Shown here: positions 56,422 to 64,000 of the stretch, piece after piece
Layout: each line of letters opens with the position of its first letter
Numbering within the stretch: the stretch's first letter is position 1
DNA from: an uncultured Alphaproteobacteria bacterium
GTDB lineage: Bacteria > Pseudomonadota > Alphaproteobacteria > JAJFIK01
Assembly (NCBI GenBank): GCA_964474635.1
Contig: CAYYTT010000003.1
Span: 20,017-84,016, forward strand
Length of the DNA stretch: 64,000 bases
Direction: 5' to 3'
Program-made: the position numbers and the translations under genes
Notes under the pieces: model-generated
Seen by the model: only the letters and a program-made list of their open reading frames with translations
Told to the model about the DNA's origin: nothing
Databases searched by the model: none

Positions 56422-57648
56422 ATGACCTCCCATCCGCCCGAGGATCGCCAGGACCCAGGCTTACCTCCTCTCCCCGCCGAAGACGCCGAGCAGGCGGAAC
56501 GTCAAAACTGGTACAAGCGGGCCGGAAACCGCTTGCGCGTGCTCACGCGCCGGAAGGCCAAACTCGACCCCGCCGAGCCGAACCCCCATTCGGGACTGCG
56601 CATCATCATCGTGACCGACGCCTGGGCACCGCAGGTCAACGGGGTCGTGCGGACCCTCGAGGAATTGTGCAACCGGCTTGAAACCATGGGCAATGAGGTC
56701 ACCGTCATCGCCCCCACCATGTTTCGCACCGTGGCCCTGCCCACCTATCCGGAGATCCGGCTGGCCCTGTGGCCAAACCGCCAGGTGGCGCGCGTGATCA
56801 ACGATATGCGGCCCCACGCCATTCATATCGCCACCGAAGGTCCGTTGGGCCTGGCCGCACGCCGGTTCTGTCTGCGCCGGGATCATCCGTTCACGACATC
56901 ACTGCACACGCGATTTCCCGAATACATCAATGCGCGCACGGGATTCCCGGTGTCCTGGGGCTACAGGCTGCTGCGCCTGTTCCACAAACCGGCCTCGGCC
57001 GTCATGGTGGCAACGCCGAGCGTTAAGGATGAAATGGCCGAGCGGGGCTTTGCCAATCTGCGCCTGTGGTCGCGCGGGGTGGACACGGATCATTTCAGCC
57101 CGCTGGACTCCGGCCGGGATGACATCCTGGCCTATCCGCGGCCCATTTGGTTGTCCGTGGGGCGGGTCGCGGTTGAAAAGAACATTGAGGCGTTTTTGAA
57201 GCTCGATTTGCCCGGCACCAAAGTGATTGTCGGCGATGGCCCCTTGAAGGCAAGCCTTGAGACCACCTATCCGGACGCGGTCTTTCTGGGTGCCCGTTTT
57301 GGCAAGGACCTCGCCCGCCTTTATGCGGCGAGCGATGTCTTTGTCTTTCCCAGCAAGACCGACACATTCGGATTGGTGAATGTGGAGGCGCTGGCCTGCG
57401 GCACGCCGGTGGCGGCCTATCCCGTTCATGGACCCAAAGATATTATTACGGTGCCGAAGATCGGTGCACTGCATGAGGACCTTCAGACCGCCTGCCTCGC
57501 GGCCCTGGCCGAAGGTGACCGGAAGGCGGCCCGGGCCCATGCCCTCGGCTTCAGTTGGGATGCCTGCACGCGCCAATTCCTGGTTAATCTCGACCTTCCG
57601 GGCTTTGACGAATCCTATTGGGCCGAAAGCGCCAAATTGCCGGACTGA
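56422..57648 (+). CDS. glycosyltransferase family 4 (group 1)
   Basis: ATG at 56422. GT-B fold, typical N-terminus (RIIIVTDAWAPQVNGV) and C-terminal EAxxxG region. Confidence 0.8.
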   Translation: MTSHPPEDRQDPGLPPLPAEDAEQAERQNWYKRAGNRLRVLTRRKAKLDPAEPNPHSGLRIIIVTDAWAPQVNGVVRTLEELCNRLETMGNEVTVIAPTMFRTVALPTYPEIRLALWPNRQVARVINDMRPHAIHIATEGPLGLAARRFCLRRDHPFTTSLHTRFPEYINARTGFPVSWGYRLLRLFHKPASAVMVATPSVKDEMAERGFANLRLWSRGVDTDHFSPLDSGRDDILAYPRPIWLSVGRVAVEKNIEAFLKLDLPGTKVIVGDGPLKASLETTYPDAVFLGARFGKDLARLYAASDVFVFPSKTDTFGLVNVEALACGTPVAAYPVHGPKDIITVPKIGALHEDLQTACLAALAEGDRKAARAHALGFSWDACTRQFLVNLDLPGFDESYWAESAKLPD

Positions 57649-57825
57649 AGCAGAGCCACGCTGACAGGGCCGATTGGAGTATCCGGTTCGATCGAGCCTG
57701 TCTTTTGGACGCATTCCCTGTGGGATGCCGGCCGAGAGACGCTCTGCCTGCCGATTATTGCGCGGGGCGATTAATCGGCACCGCACTCAAGGCCGCGACG
57801 GCGGCCCGGCGCCGCTGCGCCGCCC

Positions 57826-58077
57826 TCAGCGGTTCCTCTGGTCAAGCTGACCATCATCCTCGGCCGGACAATCGCCCAGCAGGCACTCGCCCCAACCCAT
57901 GATCCGGTCGGCAATTTCCCGGCCGACGCCTGTGCCAAGGCCCGTTGCAATCCCCGTCGCAAGGGCGAGCAACAAAGCACCGATGGTGCCATAGGTCAGG
58001 CAGCCCCGCCGCCCGGAACCTTGGCTCTGGCTTTGGCTTTGCGAGCCCTGACTTTGCGATTGCTGTTGCCACGCCAT
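57826..58077 (-). CDS. small glycine-zipper membrane protein with SQ-repeat N-terminus (83 aa)
   Basis: ATG at 58077. GxxxGxxxG zipper (GALLLALATGIATGLGTGVG). Could be a chance ORF. Confidence 0.3.
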   Translation of the reverse strand: MAWQQQSQSQGSQSQSQSQGSGRRGCLTYGTIGALLLALATGIATGLGTGVGREIADRIMGWGECLLGDCPAEDDGQLDQRNR

Positions 58078-58151
58078 CGTGACGCCTTCCCCTTACCCGG
58101 GCTCCGGACCGTCACCGGTCCAGGAGCACCCAACACTGTCCTTGCGGACAC

Positions 58152-59021
58152 TCACAAAACCAGTTTCACAGCCGAACTTGCCGCCAGAACCTCGCTCACC
58201 GCCACCGGGAGGGCATCGGGCTTCGTTGCCGACGGATAAGCCCTTGCAAGAACGCCGAGCGCGGCATCGATTGTTGCCTTGGCCGGTGTCGCGGCAAGGG
58301 CCTCAGCCTGCTTTTCCGCACGCAGGCGCGCTGCGGCCGCAAAGCCGTACCCGTCCAGATAGGCAGCGCCTTCCGCTCCGCCTGCGACGATCTGGTATTG
58401 CAGTGCGGCGCGTTCGATCATGTCGGCGACAATCGTTGCCGTCACGTCGACGGGCGCCGCATCGCCGGCCTCGGGCGCCGCGGCCTCGGCCGCGTCGGTC
58501 GCCTCCAGGACCGCCGTCACGGCAGCCTCGACTTTTGCCACAGGCGCCCCATCGATGGCGAGACCGCCGGCCACGGACATAAGGTCATCGAAGGGGTCCA
58601 CGCCCCGTTCGGCAAAGACCGGTTCCATGGTCAAATAGACCTCGGAAATGGGGTGCACGAACAACTCACCGGCCGCCTCCCGGTCACCGGCGGCGTAGGC
58701 CGCCTGTCCGGCGAGATAATGGGCGCGAATGACATCGAGCGCGATGCCATACACCACCGGGTCGACGCGGGCCTGTGCGGCATCGACGCCGAATTCGCCG
58801 CCGTTCTCGCCGCCTTCTCCCGCGCCTTCGCCGCCTTCCCCTTCGCCCTCGCCCTCGCCGGCCGGCGGCGCCGCCTCGGCGAGCGCGCTCACACTCACCC
58901 CGGCCTTGGCGCCGTCACGTGCCGTCGCGGTCCGCTCCTCATCGGCCAAGGCCGGGCCGGACCCGAGCAAAACCGCCGTACCGAGGCTGGTCCACAGCTT
59001 GCTCCGCCGCAGAACTGACAT
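58152..59021 (-). CDS. secreted hypothetical protein with acidic GEGEGEGE low-complexity linker
   Basis: ATG at 59021. Signal peptide ending ALA-DE. Alpha-helical body. Confidence 0.55.
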   Translation of the reverse strand: MSVLRRSKLWTSLGTAVLLGSGPALADEERTATARDGAKAGVSVSALAEAAPPAGEGEGEGEGGEGAGEGGENGGEFGVDAAQARVDPVVYGIALDVIRAHYLAGQAAYAAGDREAAGELFVHPISEVYLTMEPVFAERGVDPFDDLMSVAGGLAIDGAPVAKVEAAVTAVLEATDAAEAAAPEAGDAAPVDVTATIVADMIERAALQYQIVAGGAEGAAYLDGYGFAAAARLRAEKQAEALAATPAKATIDAALGVLARAYPSATKPDALPVAVSEVLAASSAVKLVL

Positions 59022-59171
59022 GGGACCCCCTTTCACTTTCGCTCCGCCGGCACCACGGTCCGGCGGGCCCTGTTTGTGTGTCTCGCGCGGAAGCCTAAGG
59101 ACCCGGCTTGCGCCGGGCAAGGCCGCAAACAAGACTGACTTGCAGATTTTCCGCCCAACGGAGAGCCCGCC

Positions 59172-59831
59172 ATGTTGCACATCGGATCCGTCCTCGACGA
59201 GGCCACCCGCCAGGTGCTCGTCGAGGCCCTTTCAGAGGACGCCTTTTTCCGGGACGGCCGGGAAACCGCCGGCGCGGTCGCCCGGCCGGTGAAAAACAAT
59301 GGACAGATCGCGCGCGGGGCGCGTCACGCGGTGCTTTCCAAGGCCGTCGAGACGGCGCTCCGGCGCCATCGCCTGTTCATGGCCGCCGTACGGCCAAGGG
59401 GCTTTGCCCGCCTGCTCTTCAGTCGATATGGCCCGGGCCAGGCCTATGGGCGCCACCTGGATGAGCCCATCATCGCCGGTCAGCGTACGGATCTGTCCTT
59501 CACCCTGTTTCTGAACGATCCGGCCGCCTATGACGGCGGCGCGCTCGTGGTTGAGGACCGGGACGGGGAAAGCGAGATCAAGATGCCGGCCGGCGGCCTC
59601 GTGCTTTACCCCTCAACGGCCCTGCACCAGGTGACGCCGGTGACACGGGGAGTGCGTCTGGCTTGTGTGGGTTGGGTGCGCAGCCTGATCCGGCTTGAGG
59701 CCCACCGGGACATTCTGCTCGATCTTGAAACCGCCGCCGACGCCGTCTGGCGCCGGGACGGCGCGAGCGAGACCCACGCCCAAATCACCCGCGCACGAGA
59801 CAACCTGATCCGCCTGTGGGCCGAGGACTGA
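59172..59831 (+). CDS. PKHD-type Fe(II)/2-oxoglutarate hydroxylase (PiuC/YbiX-like)
   Basis: ATG at 59172. HxD ... H (HLDEP ... LHQV) and RxS motifs. 219 aa. Confidence 0.8.
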   Translation: MLHIGSVLDEATRQVLVEALSEDAFFRDGRETAGAVARPVKNNGQIARGARHAVLSKAVETALRRHRLFMAAVRPRGFARLLFSRYGPGQAYGRHLDEPIIAGQRTDLSFTLFLNDPAAYDGGALVVEDRDGESEIKMPAGGLVLYPSTALHQVTPVTRGVRLACVGWVRSLIRLEAHRDILLDLETAADAVWRRDGASETHAQITRARDNLIRLWAED

Positions 59832-59849
59832 CAAACCGCACCGGGCGAT

Positions 59850-59890
59850 CCAAAACAAAAAAGGGGAGCGGTCATCGCCGCCCCCCTTCA
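59850..59890 (-). terminator. Rho-independent terminator for the giant adhesin gene
   Basis: On the minus strand: gaaggggggcggcgatgaccgctcccc hairpin followed by TTTTTTTGTTTTGG, about 40 nt after the stop at 59930. Confidence 0.55.
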
Positions 59891-59929
59891 CAGTCCCATC
59901 TGGGCCCGGCCCCTTCGTAAGCGCGCGGC

Positions 59930-62900
59930 TTAGAATTGGAGATCCTCAAGCCCGAGCGCTGACGTGCCGTCGAACAAAATCTCGCCGCTGCCTCCGAAGT
60001 TAAGGGAGAGGCTGCTCGTGCCCGAGAGAGTGACCGTTGCGGACAGGGCTGCGTCCGCCGCATCGATCAGACCATCACCCGTGACGTCAAAGTCGGCAAA
60101 GACGAACCCGGTTCCGGTCACGGAAAGCACATCGTTTCCGAGCTGATCGAAGTCAAAGATGACGTCTTGACCAAATGCCCCGGAGAACACGAACAGGTCG
60201 CTGCCGAAACCGCCCGTGAGCAGATCGTCGCCCTCCCCGCCCGTAATCGTGTCATTGCCGTCGCCAGCGCTGATCCGGTCGTTTCCGGCCCCGCCATCCA
60301 GACTGTCAAAACCCCAACCGGCCGTGATGATGTCGTTGCCGTCGCCGCCTAGCAGGATGTTGTCCCCGCCCATGCTGGTGATCCGGTCGTGGCCATCGCC
60401 GCCGGAGACAAAGTCGAAACCATCATCCGTGGTCACGATATCGTTGCCGCCACCGCTTTCGACCACGTTGTCGCCGCCGCCCGCATCAATCCGATCCCGG
60501 CCGGCCCCCGTCGTGACCACATCGAAACCGCGACCCGCGAAGATGGTGTTATCGCCCTCGCCGCCGTCGATGGTGTTGTCTCCATCACCGGCGTCGATGT
60601 CGTCATCACCCGCCCCGGCGGTCAGGGAATCGTCTCCCTTGCCAGTGCCGACCTCGTTATCGCCATCGCCGGCATCCACCACATTGTCGCCTTTGGCAAT
60701 ATGGATGCGATCATCTCCGTCACCGGAGGTGACCGTATCATTGCCTTTGCCGGCTTCAATGAGGTTGTCGCCATCCCCCCCGAAAATCAGATTGTCGCCA
60801 TTGCCGGCACAAATGGTGTCATCGCCGCCCCCGGTGATCACAAGATCGTCCTCGTCACCGAGCTTGATCACCATGTCCTCGTCACTGGGCTGATCGTCAT
60901 TGCGGATTGTGCCCACAGCGGAGATGTCCGCGCCCAGAACGCCGTTGACCGGGTTCGACAAGACAATGCGGAAGTCCTCATCCAGTTCCAAGGCCAGATC
61001 ACCATTGACGAGGACGGTGACCTCCTGCTCCGCCTCTCCGTCGGCGAAATCAACCCTGCCCATGGGCAAGACGCCGCCGGAGAAATCGTCCCCATCGGCG
61101 GCGAAGAACTGGCTCCCCACCCCTTCGATGGCAAAGTCGACCGAGGCCGCCTCTGCCTGATTGACAGAGCGAATGATCCGGAAGGTGAAGGCCGTCAGCC
61201 CCGCGTCGCCCTCGAACTCGAACGCCATGTCCGGCTCGACGGTGAACACGCCGAGCGCGTCGTCATTGACGATGGTGCTCTGCGCCGTGATGTCCGTGCC
61301 CAGGGTCGCCATCGCCGAATTGGACAAGGTGACCGAGAAGGCCTCGTCACCCTCGACCGCCAAATCGCCCTCGACTTCGATGGTGATCGTGGCGCTGGCA
61401 TCGCCATCGGCCAGCATGACCGTGCCGGTCGGGAACACCCCGCCCACAAAGTCATCGGCGGAAGCCGGATCAATGCCTTCGCCCGCGACCGTGAAGGTCG
61501 CAGAGGACGGCCCCGTAAGATTGCCCGTGCGCGAGACCGTGAAGGTGAACACCGTCGTGCCGCCATCGCCCTCATCCAAGGACACCTGGTCGGCCGCGAT
61601 GGTCAGCTCACCAAAATCATCATCATTGATGACCGTCCCAACAGCCGTGATTGAGTCGCCCAAAACCGCTCCGACGGGGTTGCTCAGGGTCACGGCCACA
61701 AACTCGTTGGCCTCGGGCAGGGTATCGCCTGCAACGGGAACCGTGACCAGCGCGACCGCCTGACCATCGGCGAATTCCACCGTACCAGAGGGCAGAACAC
61801 CGCCCGGGAAGTCATCCGCATCAACCCCATTGGCGCCGATGCCCGTCACGCTGAAGTCAACCGAAACGGGCCCTGCCGCATTGACGGAGCGGACAACGAC
61901 GAAGGTCAGCGTGGCTCCGACCGTGTCTCCCTCGGGCAGGTTGGCGAGTACGGAGGCAATCGTCAGTACTCCTGGCACATCGTCATTGAGGATCGTGCTG
62001 GTGGCTTGCGTCGACGCGCCGAGGGTTGCGCTTTGTGGATCTGAGAGGGTGACCGTGAAGGCCTCGTCGGCCTCGAAGACCGCCTCGCCCTGAACCTCCA
62101 CCGTGATGGTGGCCGAAGCCTCGCCGTCCGCAAAGGTCACGGCGCCGGTCGGGAAACCGCCGCCCACGAAGTCCTCCGCGGAGGCCGGATCCGCGCCTGT
62201 CCCGGCCACGGTGTAGGCTGCCGATGCGGACCCTGTCAGATTGCCTGTCCGGGTGACCGTGAAGGTAAATGTGGTCGCGCCGGTATCGCCCTCTTGCAGG
62301 GATATCTGATCAGCCGCGAGGGTGAGTTCGCTAGGCGTGTCGTCATTGATGATGATGCCGAGCGCGCCGCCTGAGGACCCGGCCGCATTCTCAACAATCT
62401 GGCTCGTCTCCAGCGCCGTCATATCCATGTCCGTGAAGACGACCCGGGCCCGGATCTCATCATCCGCCAGGGGATCGAGACCGGACAAATCAGCGGCGTA
62501 GCGCAGACCAAAGGGCGTCGAAACCAGATCGGCGGGCGCGAGCGTTTCCACAAGCGCACCGTTCACGAACAGCTCCACCCGGTCGATATCGGCGGGCGAA
62601 ACACCAGATCCGCCCGTGAGGCCAGCCTGCAGCGCCTGCGGATCAAGCACACGTTCTGCCGATCCGTTCGCGATGGCATCGTCGACAAGATCGAGTGTGT
62701 CCAAATCGGCGCCATTGCCAATCCCAATAGCACGGATGGTCGTGTCGAGACCCAGCGGATCGATCAGGGTCGTGACTTCATCCAAGAAGTTCTCACTCGC
62801 GTTCCCGTCGCTCAGGAAGAAAACGAAGTTCTGTCCCGTTGCTTGACCGGAAAGAAAGCCAATCGCCTCCTGGAGTGGTGGCCCGAAGGCGGTGTTTCCG

Positions 62901-64000
62901 CCGCTCGATAGGCTGCGCAGGACTTCGACCACATCCGGTGTGCCGTCAATGTTTAAATCTTCCTGGGCCGTCCCGGAGAAGACCGTTGTTGCGCTATTCG
63001 TGAAGGCAATGACTGCAACATCGCTCGCCCCCAGACCGTTGACGAGCAAAGAGTCATTGAGGGCCAGGAAGCCGGCGATTTCCCCATCGAGAACCGTGTC
63101 CGGAGTCCCATCCGCATTCAAATCACCAACGGGCACCCCGCCGGAAAAGTCACCACTGGTGCTGCCCGAAACGTCGATGACGTAGACAACGTTGAACTCA
63201 TCCGATGTAACTGCATCTCCAAGGGAGATAAATCCGGACACACCGATTGTGTCTTCGACCGTCGTGTCAGGAGCCGTGAGAGACAGGCTCACATCCTGGG
63301 CGGTCTCTGGGATCGTGCCCGACGCGCTTGTGGTCTGCTGCGTGGTTTGCGTAAGCGTGGCATTGACCGGATCCGACAGGGTGACTGTGAAGGTCTCATC
63401 CGCCTCCGGAAGGAGATCGCCGGAGACGACCACGCTGATTTCCGCAAGGGCGTCGCCGTCGCCGAAAGTGACCGTGCCCGTGGGCAGACTATCGCCCACG
63501 AAATCCAAGCCGTCCGCGGGATCGCTGCCTGTGCCGGAGACCGTAAATGTGGCCGAGGCAGAACCGGTGGTGTTGCCGGTCCGCTCCACCGTGAACGTGA
63601 ACACCGTCTCGTCGCCGAGATTGCCTTCGGTCAGCGCGATGGTCTCCTCGACAATCCGCAACGCACCAAAGCTGTCGTCGTTCACAATGGTGCTCATGGC
63701 CTCGACTTCGACGCCGAGGGTCGCATCCGTTGGATCGGACAGGACAACAGAGAAGGTTTCGTCCGGTTCGACCACGGTATCGCCCGTGACGTCGATGGTA
63801 ACGCTCACCTCGTCTTGACCATCGAGGAAGGTGACCGTCACGGGCGGCGGAAGCACTCCGCCGAAATCATCCGCCGAGGCCGGGTTTCCACCGGACCCCG
63901 CGACAGTGGCGAGCACGGATGCCGTGCCGGTCAAATTGCCGGTCCGCGTGACCGTGAAGCTGAACGGCGTGACGCCGGTATCGCCTTCGGGCAGGGCATC
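59930..64000 (-). CDS. giant repetitive adhesin, 5'-truncated by the window edge: tandem Calx-beta-like domains, one VWA domain, C-terminal RTX nonapeptide repeats (T1SS substrate type)
   Basis: ORF continues through 64000; the track 'M' at 63934 is an internal TTG. At least 8 repeats of about 110 aa with G-x-x-D-x-L-P/E-x-D-E-x-F-x-V-x-L-S-x-P pattern. VWA MIDAS motif (VIDVSGST). Dozens of GGxGxDxxx repeats near the C-terminus. Confidence 0.85.
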   Translation of the reverse strand, partial: DALPEGDTGVTPFSFTVTRTGNLTGTASVLATVAGSGGNPASADDFGGVLPPPVTVTFLDGQDEVSVTIDVTGDTVVEPDETFSVVLSDPTDATLGVEVEAMSTIVNDDSFGALRIVEETIALTEGNLGDETVFTFTVERTGNTTGSASATFTVSGTGSDPADGLDFVGDSLPTGTVTFGDGDALAEISVVVSGDLLPEADETFTVTLSDPVNATLTQTTQQTTSASGTIPETAQDVSLSLTAPDTTVEDTIGVSGFISLGDAVTSDEFNVVYVIDVSGSTSGDFSGGVPVGDLNADGTPDTVLDGEIAGFLALNDSLLVNGLGASDVAVIAFTNSATTVFSGTAQEDLNIDGTPDVVEVLRSLSSGGNTAFGPPLQEAIGFLSGQATGQNFVFFLSDGNASENFLDEVTTLIDPLGLDTTIRAIGIGNGADLDTLDLVDDAIANGSAERVLDPQALQAGLTGGSGVSPADIDRVELFVNGALVETLAPADLVSTPFGLRYAADLSGLDPLADDEIRARVVFTDMDMTALETSQIVENAAGSSGGALGIIINDDTPSELTLAADQISLQEGDTGATTFTFTVTRTGNLTGSASAAYTVAGTGADPASAEDFVGGGFPTGAVTFADGEASATITVEVQGEAVFEADEAFTVTLSDPQSATLGASTQATSTILNDDVPGVLTIASVLANLPEGDTVGATLTFVVVRSVNAAGPVSVDFSVTGIGANGVDADDFPGGVLPSGTVEFADGQAVALVTVPVAGDTLPEANEFVAVTLSNPVGAVLGDSITAVGTVINDDDFGELTIAADQVSLDEGDGGTTVFTFTVSRTGNLTGPSSATFTVAGEGIDPASADDFVGGVFPTGTVMLADGDASATITIEVEGDLAVEGDEAFSVTLSNSAMATLGTDITAQSTIVNDDALGVFTVEPDMAFEFEGDAGLTAFTFRIIRSVNQAEAASVDFAIEGVGSQFFAADGDDFSGGVLPMGRVDFADGEAEQEVTVLVNGDLALELDEDFRIVLSNPVNGVLGADISAVGTIRNDDQPSDEDMVIKLGDEDDLVITGGGDDTICAGNGDNLIFGGDGDNLIEAGKGNDTVTSGDGDDRIHIAKGDNVVDAGDGDNEVGTGKGDDSLTAGAGDDDIDAGDGDNTIDGGEGDNTIFAGRGFDVVTTGAGRDRIDAGGGDNVVESGGGNDIVTTDDGFDFVSGGDGHDRITSMGGDNILLGGDGNDIITAGWGFDSLDGGAGNDRISAGDGNDTITGGEGDDLLTGGFGSDLFVFSGAFGQDVIFDFDQLGNDVLSVTGTGFVFADFDVTGDGLIDAADAALSATVTLSGTSSLSLNFGGSGEILFDGTSALGLEDLQF

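Noticed and set aside
60216-63818. Plus-strand ORFs (225, 421, 200, 208 aa) inside the giant adhesin gene
   Set aside because: Ser/Pro/Thr-rich translations of the complementary strand of a highly repetitive gene. No motifs.
1-64000. tRNA, rRNA, tmRNA, RNase P, SRP RNA
   Set aside because: No cloverleaf-compatible or conserved-motif segments were recognised in any intergenic region. Intergenic DNA is short apart from 52900-53525, 54405-54957 and 55822-56421.
1-64000. Mobile elements / prophage
   Set aside because: No transposase, integrase, recombinase or phage structural genes. The only compositional anomaly (13895-14051) has no flanking direct repeats that I could see.

Overview
High-GC (about 65%) alphaproteobacteria-like chromosomal segment, gene-dense on both strands. 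No rRNA, tRNA, CRISPR array, transposase or integrase was recognised. Main content: (1) a compact TTQ amine-dehydrogenase (mau/aau-like) operon, TetR-mauB-mauE-mauD-mauA followed by two c-type cytochromes, with no mauF/mauG/amicyanin genes in view. (2) A three-gene block (10136-17573) built around a sharply AT-rich 157-bp divergent promoter island. It comprises an 862-aa polytopic membrane coiled-coil protein with a disordered Pro/Arg-rich tail, a 372-aa stand-alone P-loop GTPase, and a 1173-aa protein with no recognisable motifs. This is the best candidate for an undescribed system. (3) A long accessory-catabolism stretch: SDRs, GST, HCCA-isomerase/DsbA-like, esterases, CoA-transferase, three AMP-forming acyl-CoA synthetases, a Baeyer-Villiger monooxygenase, a TonB-dependent receptor, an orphan carboxyltransferase, a Pat-type protein acetyltransferase, and a LysR regulator divergent from an IDH-family gene. 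(4) Cell-envelope genes: two GT4 glycosyltransferases, a lytic transglycosylase, and a giant Calx-beta/VWA/RTX adhesin (T1SS substrate type) that runs off the window end. Short tandem minisatellite repeats sit in intergenic spacers at five or more places. The six-frame ORF track reports GTG/TTG starts as M, so starts were re-checked against the sequence wherever possible. Many long antisense ORFs are GC-driven shadows.
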